A DNA stretch of 62,332 bases, taken from contig CAYGJY010000001.1 of assembly GCA_964350645.1 (NCBI GenBank), positions 1 through 62,332 of the forward strand, written 5' to 3'. The notes beneath the pieces were generated by a model. That model did no database searches. It was not told the DNA's origin and saw only the letters and a list, made by a program, of their open reading frames with translations. Positions 18,322-27,657 of this stretch are shown here, piece by piece. The position numbers and the translations under genes are program-made. Position 1 is the stretch's first letter. The number at the start of each line of letters is the position of its first letter. This DNA is from an uncultured Candidatus Saccharibacteria bacterium. GTDB taxonomy: Bacteria; Patescibacteriota; Minisyncoccia; Phycocordibacterales; UBA918.

Positions 18322-18933
18322 TTACATGGCGCGTCTTAAGAACTCGTGGAGGTCGCCAAGATCAGCGACATCCTCCACGTAGTTGGCGATTCGTTTGATC
18401 TCGCCTTCAAGCGTATTGTTGGTATTTGTGGCCAGGTCACCAACGATCAGGCCGGTGGTCGAGTTGGTCGACAGCGTTAGCGGCCGGCCGTCTCCGTATT
18501 CCAGCCATTTTTTTACGAAGGTCAGGGCTCCACGGCCGACGTGGTATTCAGCCGCTGAAATGATCACATGCCTTTCACCAGTTTTTTCAATGATCTTGTC
18601 GACCAGCCACTCGGCCTGCAGTGCAGTGTTGGTTGTGTTGTCGACTCCCTGAAAATCGAAATTTGGAGTCCGACCTTGCCTTTCCAGGAATTCCTCAACT
18701 TGTTCATGTGTATAGTACGGGTCACCTCTGGTACCCGCGACCAGTACCTCGTTGGTGAAATTTTGCCAGGGAGCAGAAAGGCGCCAGTTTTGGAGACCTC
18801 GACCTTTGTCATCGGCTCCGCCCCCAGCGAGGATACAGAAGATGTTTGGGACGTCCGTTCGGTGCATGAGAGCACGGACGGCGGCATCTGCTGCGCTTGC
18901 AGCTGAAAGCTGTAGGAATGTTGGTTCATTCAT
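18322..18933 (-). CDS. DUF218/YdcF-like protein (GC-rich gene)
   Basis: FCILAGGGADDKGR ... NTALQAEWL ... HVIISAAEYHVGRGALTF resembles the DUF218 core. ATG 18933 is preceded by AAGGAGG; the track start at 18999 is further upstream. GC is about 62% in the sampled line 18481. Confidence 0.45.
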   Translation of the reverse strand: MNEPTFLQLSAASAADAAVRALMHRTDVPNIFCILAGGGADDKGRGLQNWRLSAPWQNFTNEVLVAGTRGDPYYTHEQVEEFLERQGRTPNFDFQGVDNTTNTALQAEWLVDKIIEKTGERHVIISAAEYHVGRGALTFVKKWLEYGDGRPLTLSTNSTTGLIVGDLATNTNNTLEGEIKRIANYVEDVADLGDLHEFLRRAM

Positions 18934-19033
18934 GGCAGGTCCTCCTTTTGGTCTGCCTATTTCAGTTTGAAAGGGTGCGTCAGCGCCCTTCCGGTCCAAG
19001 AGGATTAAACCATAAAACAGGTTGTTTGTATAG

Positions 19034-19068
19034 GGAACGGGTAGGTCGCGAAGCGACCTACCCGTTCC
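19034..19068. repeat. perfect 16-bp GC-rich hairpin with GAA triloop
   Basis: GGAACGGGTAGGTCGC-GAA-GCGACCTACCCGTTCC, located between the SDR gene stop and the GC-rich DUF218-like gene. There is no U-tract on the minus strand and a weak T-rich tail on the plus strand. Confidence 0.6.
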
Positions 19069-19083
19069 TATTTTGTATCGTCT

Positions 19084-19797
19084 TTAGACGATGTGTATTC
19101 CGCCGTTGATGTTGATTGTCTCGCCGTTAATCATCTCATTTTCAATTAAAAACAGAGCGACGTTACCGATTTCAGTTGGAGCAATGGCTCGTCCAGCAGG
19201 GAGGTTTTTCCAGGCTTTCTGCAGCTCAGTCTCTGAAGCATGAAACCGCTCGCCAGGTGTGTCGGTTGCTCCTGGAGCAATGGCGTTTACGCGCGTGTTT
19301 GATTGAGATTCGATACATTCCTTGGCCAATACTTTGACGGCTTTTTCCAAACCAGCCTTGGCGGTGTCGTAGGCAATACTTCGGCTTCGAGTCAGGTGGC
19401 CACCCATAACGCTGCTAATAAAAATAATGTTACGTGGTGACCTTGTGTGTGGGTGCAACAGAAATAGACGGGCGAGATCAAGAGAAGCAGTTAGGTTGCC
19501 AGTGATCTGCTCTTCGAGTTCATCATAGGTCATCTCCAAAAGAGGTTTTTTAACGTGTGGAAAGTAGGGGCCACAAATTAGGGTATCTATCGGTTGGTCA
19601 TGGAGTGAGGCAAAAAGTGCTTGTCGTTCAGCAGCATTAAAAAAATCACTAATGATAAGTTGGTCGGAGTTTTGGGCTGGTTCTTCAGTATCAGTAATGA
19701 TGACGTTGAGGTCCGCTGCTGTTAGGACATGAGCGATACCAGAGCCAATACCGTGGGCTCCTCCGATGACTAATACGGTTGTTTGCGATGATGTCAT
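19084..19797 (-). CDS. short-chain dehydrogenase/reductase (SDR)
   Basis: VLVIGGAHGIGSGIA and YDTAKAG (YxxxK). Confidence 0.85.
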   Translation of the reverse strand: MTSSQTTVLVIGGAHGIGSGIAHVLTAADLNVIITDTEEPAQNSDQLIISDFFNAAERQALFASLHDQPIDTLICGPYFPHVKKPLLEMTYDELEEQITGNLTASLDLARLFLLHPHTRSPRNIIFISSVMGGHLTRSRSIAYDTAKAGLEKAVKVLAKECIESQSNTRVNAIAPGATDTPGERFHASETELQKAWKNLPAGRAIAPTEIGNVALFLIENEMINGETININGGIHIV

Positions 19798-19799
19798 TA

Positions 19800-20663
19800 T
19801 TATTTTTCTAGCTCAAAAATCTTGGCATAGTCGGGACCGTAGACGTCTTCGAGAAAATGGATGTCTTTGCCGGTGCTATGGAGGTAGTGTACGTTCTTTT
19901 TTGCGATAGTATCGAGAATCTGTACACCTGATGCATCACCAACATGTTGCTTATATTGGTCAGAAAAAATAGCGAAGTCTTTGATAAGACACGAGTTCCC
20001 AGCACCGCGACCACCGTTGTGGACCGGCCGCGTATGTTCCCAGGGGAGGCGGTCGTCGTTGATAAACATTTCACGCAGATCTTCCCAGTCACCACCAACC
20101 GCTTCGGCTAAGTCGTACTGCATATTGATGTACATGTTGCGAAAATTCCAGTAGCAGTTGGTGATATATTTTGAAAGTTCAGCATTGATAGCAGTAGTGA
20201 CTTTCACGTAGTCGGCCTTCGGAATTACCTCAAGAATTAGTCGCGCGTCAGCTTCGGTGGCTTGTTCACCGAGACCAATGATATTTCGTTTTGGCTTTTC
20301 AGCGTCTTCTTTAGCTGAACTCATAGTGAGGAACTCAGGGTAAAAAACGAACCGACGGTCAGGATAGTCTTTTTGAAAAATAGCTGTTGTACCCGGCGGC
20401 AAGGTTGAGCGAATAGCGATCAGTGTCCCGGGGGCAGTTGTTTCGATTGAAGAGCGCAGATGCTGATCTTCAAAACCTTCGGGGGTGGTACGGGCAGTCA
20501 CCACAATAAACACGAGTTCGCACTCTTTGATTTTGTCTTTATTGCCAATGTATTCTGGTTCAAGGGAATAGCGAATGACGGGCGTGCCAAACTTCTCAAT
20601 CGCGTCAGCGCTGTGCTTACCAACCCAGCCTTGTCCAATATAACCAATGTTTGTAGTCGTCAT
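19800..20663 (-). CDS. UDP-glucose/GDP-mannose dehydrogenase-family-like protein (short form)
   Basis: N-terminal GYIGQGWVG Rossmann; PEFLTMSSAKEDAEKP; AELSKYITN; GGRGAGNSCLIKD resembles the catalytic-Cys region. It lacks the usual C-terminal domain. ATG 20663 is chosen over the track TTG 20678. Confidence 0.5.
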   Translation of the reverse strand: MTTTNIGYIGQGWVGKHSADAIEKFGTPVIRYSLEPEYIGNKDKIKECELVFIVVTARTTPEGFEDQHLRSSIETTAPGTLIAIRSTLPPGTTAIFQKDYPDRRFVFYPEFLTMSSAKEDAEKPKRNIIGLGEQATEADARLILEVIPKADYVKVTTAINAELSKYITNCYWNFRNMYINMQYDLAEAVGGDWEDLREMFINDDRLPWEHTRPVHNGGRGAGNSCLIKDFAIFSDQYKQHVGDASGVQILDTIAKKNVHYLHSTGKDIHFLEDVYGPDYAKIFELEK

Positions 20664-20716
20664 AGCTGTGATGTGCAAGATTATAGCAGAAATGCCACAA
20701 TAGATTGAACTAATTC

Positions 20717-21958
20717 ATGAAACCAAAAGTTATAGACAGTATGCAGATCACAAAAGGAGCCCCAGTTTTAGTGCTTGACGGTCATCTTAAACAAGCTCTT
20801 TGTATTGTGCGTTCGCTTGGGCAAAAGAAACTTTCAGTGATTGTGGGGGCAGAACGGCCGACCGCTATGGCGCGACATAGTCGCTATCAGACTGAATCGT
20901 TTGTGTATCCATCGCCACTTGTTGATCAGCAAGGTTTTGTCGATGTGGTACTGACTCGTCTGAAAGTTTTTGAGACACCACCAGTGGTGTATTGCTCTTC
21001 TGACGCCACTTTGCTGACACTGTATCAACACTGGGATGATTTTAAAGATTTAATTAACCTGCCATTGCCACGGCAGGAATCAATTGACATTGCGTTTGAT
21101 AAAGCGGCCACGTATTCAGAAGCGAAAATTCTGGGTATCCCGGTCATTCCAACCTACCTACGAGAGCAAGCAGCGGAGTTTGAAAAGATCAAACAGGAAC
21201 TTTCGTTTCCGATGGTTGTAAAGCCGCGACGGTCGGCTGCATGGGGAGGGGTAACAGGGTTTTCTGGGACAGCGTCCTTTGTGCAATCGCTTACGGAACT
21301 GAGGGAAACATTTTCTGATCTAAAACAAAAAACCGGCGAAGCGCCACTCGTGCAGCCGTTAGTTGAAGGAGAGGAGTATGGTGTGTATGTCGTTGCACAT
21401 AAAGGGACTATCTTAGCAACATCAGTGCATCACCGAATCCGTTCCATGTCGCCAACAGGTGGTGCGTCAGTAGTCAAAGAAACGAGTGCGATTGAAGGAG
21501 TGGCTGTAGCGATGGTTGAAATGACAGAAACACTGGTGCAGGCACTGGCTTGGGAAGGTCCGCTCATGGTTGAGTTTAAAGTTGATAGTGATACTAAGGT
21601 ACCGCGCTTAATGGAGCTTAACGGGCGCTGGGCGGGCTCATTGCCACTGGCAGTTATCGCTGGAGTAGATTTGCCATATATATATTATCGGTTAGTGACT
21701 CATGGAGATGTTCCAGAAGCCGTTGTGACGGCAGCATCAGAGGTGGTGAGCAAGCATTGGCTTGGCGATGTCCGTCATGTACTGCGGGTGTGGCTAGCAC
21801 GTGACCCGATGCGTGCTCGTTTGTATCCGAGTCGAAAAAAAGCGCTGCGAGATTTTTTTGGGTATCCTCGCGGAGCTAAAAATGATATCTGGAGTTGGCG
21901 TGATCCAGTACCTGGAGTGATGGAGTTTGTTGATGTAGTCTATAAATTATGGAAGTAA
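20717..21958 (+). CDS. ATP-grasp domain enzyme
   Basis: FPMVVKPRRSAAWGG and LMELNGRWAGSLPLAV are typical of carbamoyl-phosphate-synthase-like ATP-grasp proteins found in glycan loci. Confidence 0.7.
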   Translation: MKPKVIDSMQITKGAPVLVLDGHLKQALCIVRSLGQKKLSVIVGAERPTAMARHSRYQTESFVYPSPLVDQQGFVDVVLTRLKVFETPPVVYCSSDATLLTLYQHWDDFKDLINLPLPRQESIDIAFDKAATYSEAKILGIPVIPTYLREQAAEFEKIKQELSFPMVVKPRRSAAWGGVTGFSGTASFVQSLTELRETFSDLKQKTGEAPLVQPLVEGEEYGVYVVAHKGTILATSVHHRIRSMSPTGGASVVKETSAIEGVAVAMVEMTETLVQALAWEGPLMVEFKVDSDTKVPRLMELNGRWAGSLPLAVIAGVDLPYIYYRLVTHGDVPEAVVTAASEVVSKHWLGDVRHVLRVWLARDPMRARLYPSRKKALRDFFGYPRGAKNDIWSWRDPVPGVMEFVDVVYKLWK

Positions 21959-22743
21959 ACGGTGTCTTACATTGTCACTCGACATATTCATATGATGGTA
22001 AGTTATCGCTCCCCGAACTAAAGGACTTTTTCCTTGAGCGACAGGTGTCATTTGTATGCCTGAGTGAACATACAGATGAACTCGATGAGGAGCGAGCAGT
22101 AGCTTTTGTCGCTGAGTGTCGGGCTTTGTCGGATGATACATTCTTATTTGTGCCAGGCTTTGAGATTCCGTATCAAGATACCCATGTCTTGCTGTATGGT
22201 TGTGATGAGTTTCCGGGGCAGGTGGCCGCCGACGCAGCGGCGCTTCGCGCCGCTGCGTCGGCGGCCACGTTTGTCGTTTTGGCGCATCCGGTACGGAATA
22301 ACTTTGTTATCGATGATGAGCTTAAGGCTTTATTGCAGGGAATAGAAATTTGGAACCAGCAGTATGATGGTAAACCGATGGCTCGGCCACGTTCAATGCA
22401 GTTGTTGCGAACCTTGCGCCAAAATACGCCGGATTTGTTAGCAACCGGAGGTCTTGATTTGCATCGGGGTGAGCATTTTGGGACGCCACTTACAACTATC
22501 GACGTTTCGTCACTGAATGAAGATTTAGTCATGCAGGCACTGCAATCAGGAGCGTATACCTTCGGGGCAGAGACGTTTCAAATTGAGGCGAAAGCTGATT
22601 GGCAGCCGAGCCTAATAGAGTCTTGTAAAAGTCAGCTAACGATCGCTTTGATCAGGAGTGGGAAGGGAATTAATCGGCTGCTGGCTGAGCATGGACTCGC
22701 ATTTCCTCGAGCACTCAAACAATGTATTCGTCGTTTTGTGTAG
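21949..22743 (+). CDS. PHP-domain metal-dependent phosphoesterase
   Basis: LHCHSTYSYDG (HxH) and LSEHTD motifs. Overlaps the ATP-grasp gene by 10 nt. Confidence 0.6.
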   Translation: MEVNGVLHCHSTYSYDGKLSLPELKDFFLERQVSFVCLSEHTDELDEERAVAFVAECRALSDDTFLFVPGFEIPYQDTHVLLYGCDEFPGQVAADAAALRAAASAATFVVLAHPVRNNFVIDDELKALLQGIEIWNQQYDGKPMARPRSMQLLRTLRQNTPDLLATGGLDLHRGEHFGTPLTTIDVSSLNEDLVMQALQSGAYTFGAETFQIEAKADWQPSLIESCKSQLTIALIRSGKGINRLLAEHGLAFPRALKQCIRRFV

Positions 22744-23728
22744 CAGCTTCTTGCATGTTGGCACTACGCATACCGTAGTGTTTGTGTAGATGCTGATAGT
22801 GATCGAGGAGGTTGATCAGGATCTTAAAATTTTCTTCAGTGTAGTTGCCAAAGTTGTGTGGGTGCCACCAGAGATGGAACATTTCACCATGCTTAGCAGC
22901 GTGAGTCATTGATCGTTTGATGCGACGCAGACGTAGTGATTCTAAGAATGATAAATGTGCGTTGTAGGGTCGTAAAAAGCGACTAGAGGGTAAGTTGGTT
23001 AAACCGTCGTTTTTAGAAAGTGTGTAGGTATGGTGACCAGAGAGATTTACATAATGATCAAGTAAACGTAAGCCGCGAATAAGTAGATGATTTTGCTCGC
23101 GATCAGTACGGGCACGATATAGGAAGTGATCCTCAGTACCGCGATAAATACTAAGGCCATGGTTTTGTATTTCTCTGAGAGCTGCTTCGGTCCATTGGTT
23201 ACGTGGAAAAACTATTGAAGTTAAGGGTGAGTCAAAATGGTCAGCGGCTAGCTGCATAGCGGTGCAGTCAGCAGCGAAGGCTTCGCCTTCGCTGCTCGTT
23301 TCTGCCTCAAGCGTATAAAAATGAGAAAAGGTGTGACTGGCAAGTTCTTGGCCTGGAGTATTACAAATCTGTTTCACTACTCCTGGCGCAAAGTAATGTT
23401 GGTCGGTTTCGGTGATTGAAGCTGTCTCTAGGTGTTGGTAGCTCGAAAGTTCTGGACGGGCATAGTGCGGCGCGGCCTTTGGCCGCGCCGCCAGCAACGC
23501 AGTCTTACTTTCATACATCAACATCCCAACCGTCGCCCAAGTTGCATGAATGTCTCGTTCAGCAAATAGTTCAAGAAGACGGGGAATTACCTCATGCACG
23601 GCCGCGATATTCTGGCCGTACGTATCAAGTGTCACTTTGTCAAACATACCCCACATAAGCTCAAAATCTAGCGATATGATCAACGTGCCAGGTGATTTTG
23701 TATCCATAATCACAGTATACCTGTCCAC
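22715..23728 (-). CDS. polysaccharide deacetylase (CE4-like)
   Basis: LIISLDFELMWGMFD start, HTFSH, and the WWHPHNF region. The 3' end overlaps the PHP gene by 29 nt. Confidence 0.6.
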   Translation of the reverse strand: MDRYTVIMDTKSPGTLIISLDFELMWGMFDKVTLDTYGQNIAAVHEVIPRLLELFAERDIHATWATVGMLMYESKTALLAARPKAAPHYARPELSSYQHLETASITETDQHYFAPGVVKQICNTPGQELASHTFSHFYTLEAETSSEGEAFAADCTAMQLAADHFDSPLTSIVFPRNQWTEAALREIQNHGLSIYRGTEDHFLYRARTDREQNHLLIRGLRLLDHYVNLSGHHTYTLSKNDGLTNLPSSRFLRPYNAHLSFLESLRLRRIKRSMTHAAKHGEMFHLWWHPHNFGNYTEENFKILINLLDHYQHLHKHYGMRSANMQEAATQNDEYIV

Positions 23729-23774
23729 TGACTGATTTCACAAATAGCCACTGCGAGCTATACTATCTGGCGAC

Positions 23775-24809
23775 GTGGATTATTCACCGACTGGCCCGTA
23801 TACCCTTAAGCCCGCTTCAGAACGTTCGCGGGTTGTAGTTATTGGTGGTGGGACTGGTACCTTCACTGTCCTTCAGGGGCTAAAAAAGTTTTGGGGTGAT
23901 GTCTACACTTCTAAAATTGTTTCAATGGCAGATTCAGGTGGCTCAACTGGGCGTCTACGCGACGAGATGGGGCAGTTACCAGTTGGTGATGTACGCATGG
24001 GATTGGCCGCGCTCGCTGCCGGGAATGACCAGGATAATCAACTGTTGCGGGAACTTTTCTTGTATCGTTTTGATAAAGGTGAAGGCTTAAATGGCCACAA
24101 CTTCGGTAATTTATTTCTCGTCGCTCTGACCGAGATTTTGGGGAGTGAAGCTCAAGCCATTAAGGCCGCTTCGAGACTGCTACGCATTCGTGGTGAGGTA
24201 CTACCAGTGACCGAAGAAAATGTCCATTTGATTGCAACGTATGACGATGGGGTTGAGGTGATGGGCGAACATGAGATTGATGATCCTTCCCCAGAACGAG
24301 AAGACCATAGTATTGTTGCGCTGCGAACTGACAAACCAGCTCATATCACTGAAGATGTGGCGCGGGCAATCGCTGAGGCAGAACTGATCGTACTTGGTCC
24401 GGGTGATCTGTATGTGAGCCTCTTAGCGAACTGCATTATCAAAGGCCTACCCGAAGCGATTCGGGCGAGTGAGGGCAAGTTTGTGTACGTGAGTAATTTG
24501 TTTTCGCGACCAGGACAAACTCGAGGGATGTTGGTCAGTGACTACTTAGCAGAGATCGAAGCCTATGTTGGTCAACAGCCAGACCATGTATTAATTAATA
24601 CCTCGCCCTTACCAGCTGATGTACTTGAACTCTATAAAAAAGAAGGCGACGTGCCAGTTGAAGACGACTTGGGTGATCGTGTTGGTGTTGTCCGGGCGGA
24701 ATTTTTAGCCAACGAAATTATTGAAAAGCAGCAAGGCGATGTCTTGAAACGCGCCTTGATTCGTCATGATGGCGACAAGTTGGCCAGAGCAATAATTGAT
24801 TTGTTATGA
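23775..24809 (+). CDS. YvcK/CofD-family (UPF0052, gluconeogenesis factor-like) protein
   Basis: VVIGGGTGTFTVLQGL and MADSGGSTGRLRDE motifs; GTG start. Confidence 0.85.
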   Translation: MDYSPTGPYTLKPASERSRVVVIGGGTGTFTVLQGLKKFWGDVYTSKIVSMADSGGSTGRLRDEMGQLPVGDVRMGLAALAAGNDQDNQLLRELFLYRFDKGEGLNGHNFGNLFLVALTEILGSEAQAIKAASRLLRIRGEVLPVTEENVHLIATYDDGVEVMGEHEIDDPSPEREDHSIVALRTDKPAHITEDVARAIAEAELIVLGPGDLYVSLLANCIIKGLPEAIRASEGKFVYVSNLFSRPGQTRGMLVSDYLAEIEAYVGQQPDHVLINTSPLPADVLELYKKEGDVPVEDDLGDRVGVVRAEFLANEIIEKQQGDVLKRALIRHDGDKLARAIIDLL

Positions 24810-25387
24810 AATATATTTTAGATTTTGATGACGTGATTTTTAATACGCAGGCACTAAAAGAAAAGGCTGAAGAATTAGATATTTCTGTGACTGAGCGTAC
24901 GCCAAAGCTTGTAACTCAAATATTGAAAGCGGATCCAAAGTTTGATTTTAAGCAATTAGTTTTTCCTGAAGCCGGAGCGTTTATCGAAGAGTACGCAAAA
25001 GATTGTATTATTCTCTCGTCAGCAACCAGCCCCGGTGAAAGTGAAGCCGAGCTTGGGTACCAAACAGCTAAGCTACGGGCAGCCGGGATGTGGGAGCTTT
25101 TGCCAGCAGAATCAATTCGAGTTGTGTCGCATAGCAAGAAAGCTGAGCTAGCAAAGATTAAGCGTGAGCTAGACGAGGCTGGTGAAACCGGCGTATTTGT
25201 TGATGATAAAGAAGAGTATTTGCGGGAAGCAGCCGAGGTTGGCATTGCACCAGTGTGGATGGATGGGAAAGGGGCTGGAGTCGGGCGTGGTCATGAGGGT
25301 GTACCTACGATGCTGAAGTTTCCGCGAGTAGGTAACTTTAAAGATTTTCGCGACTGGTTAAAAGCTAAAGAATTAAAGACTGAATAA
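24806..25387 (+). CDS. HAD-superfamily-like hydrolase (weak)
   Basis: N-terminal LDFDDVIF (DxD motif I) and late VFVDDK. ATGA overlap with the upstream stop. Confidence 0.4.
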   Translation: MKYILDFDDVIFNTQALKEKAEELDISVTERTPKLVTQILKADPKFDFKQLVFPEAGAFIEEYAKDCIILSSATSPGESEAELGYQTAKLRAAGMWELLPAESIRVVSHSKKAELAKIKRELDEAGETGVFVDDKEEYLREAAEVGIAPVWMDGKGAGVGRGHEGVPTMLKFPRVGNFKDFRDWLKAKELKTE

Positions 25388-25389
25388 GT

Positions 25390-26505
25390 ATGCGGATTCT
25401 TGTTGCGACCGGACTCTACCCACCGGATATTGGGGGACCAGCTACGTACGCTAAGATGCTCGAAACTGAGCTACCGAAGGCGGATATGACACCGACAGTA
25501 TTGCCATTTGGCACGGTGCGACATCTGCCCAAAGGGTTGCGACATCTGGCGTATCTGCAGAGATTATTTCGCGAAGCACGCCAAGCTGATGTGATCTACG
25601 CACTTGATCCGATTAGTGTTGGTGTGCCAACGTGGTTGGTGGCCTGTATTCTCCGGAAGCCCTTTATGGTGCGTCTCGGAGGAGACTATGCATGGGAGCA
25701 GGGTCGTATGCGCTTTGGACTGACGAGTACACTAGATGAATATACGGCCGGCGCGGAGCGCCGGCCACTCCCGGTCAAATTTTTTCGCACACTTCAAACA
25801 TTTGTCGTTACTCGTGCACGCCATGTGGTGCTACCAAGTGAATATCTGAAGAGCATAGTGATGACCTGGGGGGTGTCTGAAGAGCGTATTACTGTGGTGT
25901 ATAGTGCTCTCTTTCCACTCCCGGTCCAGGCACCCCGCGAAACTATTCGCCAGCAGCTATCGTATGAAGGGGTGGTTCTTCTCACCGCTGCTCGACTCAC
26001 CCCCTGGAAAGGGATTGATTGCGTTATCCGTTTAGTGGCCGCTCTAAAAAAAAGTGGTCTTGAGGCGACGTTGATCATTGCTGGAAACGGCGAGGCTAAG
26101 GAGGCACTTGAAGCTGAGGCAGTTGAGCACGATGTGAGGGATCAAGTTCGGTTTGTTGGTAAGCTTTCCAAAGAAGCCTTGGGTGCCGCTATTAAAGGTG
26201 CGGATGTCTTTGTATACAACACGAGCTATGAAGGGCTGCCACACCAGCTCCTTGAAGTGATGGATATTGGTACGCCGATTGTGACTACAGATATTCCAGG
26301 CAATCGTGAAGTTATCAGGGATGGCATTGAAGGCTTGTTAATTCCACATAATGATCTGCCGGCCATGGAAGCCGCCGTTCGTCGGGTGCTCGACAATGAA
26401 CCACTGCGCAATCGGCTCATTGCGAGTGCTCGCGCTCGGACCAAAGATTTTGAACAATCAAAAGTAACCTCTGCTCTTGTCGCCTTATTACAACGCATCG
26501 CATAA
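25390..26505 (+). CDS. glycosyltransferase family 4
   Basis: NTSYEGLPHQLLEVMDIGTPIVTT (EX7E) and GT-B architecture. Confidence 0.85.
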   Translation: MRILVATGLYPPDIGGPATYAKMLETELPKADMTPTVLPFGTVRHLPKGLRHLAYLQRLFREARQADVIYALDPISVGVPTWLVACILRKPFMVRLGGDYAWEQGRMRFGLTSTLDEYTAGAERRPLPVKFFRTLQTFVVTRARHVVLPSEYLKSIVMTWGVSEERITVVYSALFPLPVQAPRETIRQQLSYEGVVLLTAARLTPWKGIDCVIRLVAALKKSGLEATLIIAGNGEAKEALEAEAVEHDVRDQVRFVGKLSKEALGAAIKGADVFVYNTSYEGLPHQLLEVMDIGTPIVTTDIPGNREVIRDGIEGLLIPHNDLPAMEAAVRRVLDNEPLRNRLIASARARTKDFEQSKVTSALVALLQRIA

Positions 26506-26508
26506 TTT

Positions 26509-27657
26509 ATGAAGGTATTAAGTTTTAGTTTAGATCCCCAGGTCCTTGATCCGAGTACGACTACTGCTAAGCGAGTGTCTGGTTACGGACAGTATGTTGA
26601 GAAGTATACGATTATTGTGCCGTCAGCTGAGTCAAAGATCGTAGTACTGTCACCGACAGTAACAGTGTATGGCACAGGTGGTGCTGGGAAGCTTGGCCAA
26701 TTGATTAAACTCTATAACCTCGCTAGTCAGTTATTTAAAAAAGAATCTTATGATGTCGTGAGCACACAAGACCCGTATTATGTTGGTCTGGCCGGCTACG
26801 TGCTATCTGTTCGACACCATATCGGTTTTGAGATCCAAGTACTTGGTTTATATAATTTAAATTTTATAAGAGTGCAACTCGCGCGGTTTTTACTACCGCG
26901 AGCTGGTTCAATGCGAATCTTGAGCGAGGGCTTGAAAACACGCCTCCTTTCAAAAGAGTTTGGTATGCAAACCGACGAGCGTATGCATGTGGTGCCAATT
27001 TATGCAGAGGTATCAACACTTGGATTTGACGAAGCGTCGCTTACTCCTGATGTTCGAACAGAATTCCAAAAAAACAATACTGCATACCAGGCCGCGTATG
27101 GGGAAAGATTTAATTTTGTGACTGTTGGTCGGTTGATTCCAGTAAAGAACCATTCGTTGCAGTTTCAGGCAATTGAAACACTGAAAGCTGATTTCCCTAA
27201 TGTCTTATTGCACATTGTTGGTGACGGGGAAGATCGGACAAAGCTTGAAGCCGAAGTGACTCGCCGGGGTATCACAGAGCAGGTCGTATTTCACGGTGCT
27301 AAATACCATACTGAGTTGGGAACATATTTTACACAGTCTGATTGCTTCGTACTTTCTTCAGATACCGAGGGTTGGGCAATGGTAGCGATTGAAGCGGCTA
27401 CTGCTGGTCTCCCGGTCATTATGACCGACGTGGGTTGTGCTGGCTCGGCCATCATTAATGAAGAGAGTGGTCTGGTTGTCCCGGTTGGCGATGAAGTGGC
27501 TTTGACTGCTGCAATGCGGCGAGTACTGACTGACAAAGCTCTTCGTGAGAAGTTACACCTAGGGTCTCTTGAGGCAATCCGCACTATTGCTACCTTTGAA
27601 GAGATTGCGTCTGGCTGTGTACGTTCGTGGCAGTTGGCTAGTGAGCGGCGCAACTAG
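26509..27657 (+). CDS. glycosyltransferase family 4
   Basis: SSDTEGWAMVAIEAATAGLPVIMT (EX7E). Confidence 0.8.
   Translation: MKVLSFSLDPQVLDPSTTTAKRVSGYGQYVEKYTIIVPSAESKIVVLSPTVTVYGTGGAGKLGQLIKLYNLASQLFKKESYDVVSTQDPYYVGLAGYVLSVRHHIGFEIQVLGLYNLNFIRVQLARFLLPRAGSMRILSEGLKTRLLSKEFGMQTDERMHVVPIYAEVSTLGFDEASLTPDVRTEFQKNNTAYQAAYGERFNFVTVGRLIPVKNHSLQFQAIETLKADFPNVLLHIVGDGEDRTKLEAEVTRRGITEQVVFHGAKYHTELGTYFTQSDCFVLSSDTEGWAMVAIEAATAGLPVIMTDVGCAGSAIINEESGLVVPVGDEVALTAAMRRVLTDKALREKLHLGSLEAIRTIATFEEIASGCVRSWQLASERRN

Noticed and set aside
3602-25245. Many nested or antisense track ORFs inside confidently assigned genes (for example 3602..3880, 5020..5274, 7110..7328, 12983..13312, 13718..14200, 18564..18929, 24916..25245)
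   Set aside because: Each lies entirely within a longer ORF that carries clear family motifs on the other strand or frame. None has independent signals.
27569-27657. 89-nt overlap between two glycosyltransferase ORFs, as a possible programmed frameshift or fusion
   Set aside because: No slippery sequence was seen. The overlap disappears if the downstream gene starts at in-frame GTG 27716, so the simpler explanation is that the ORF track extends to the furthest upstream start.
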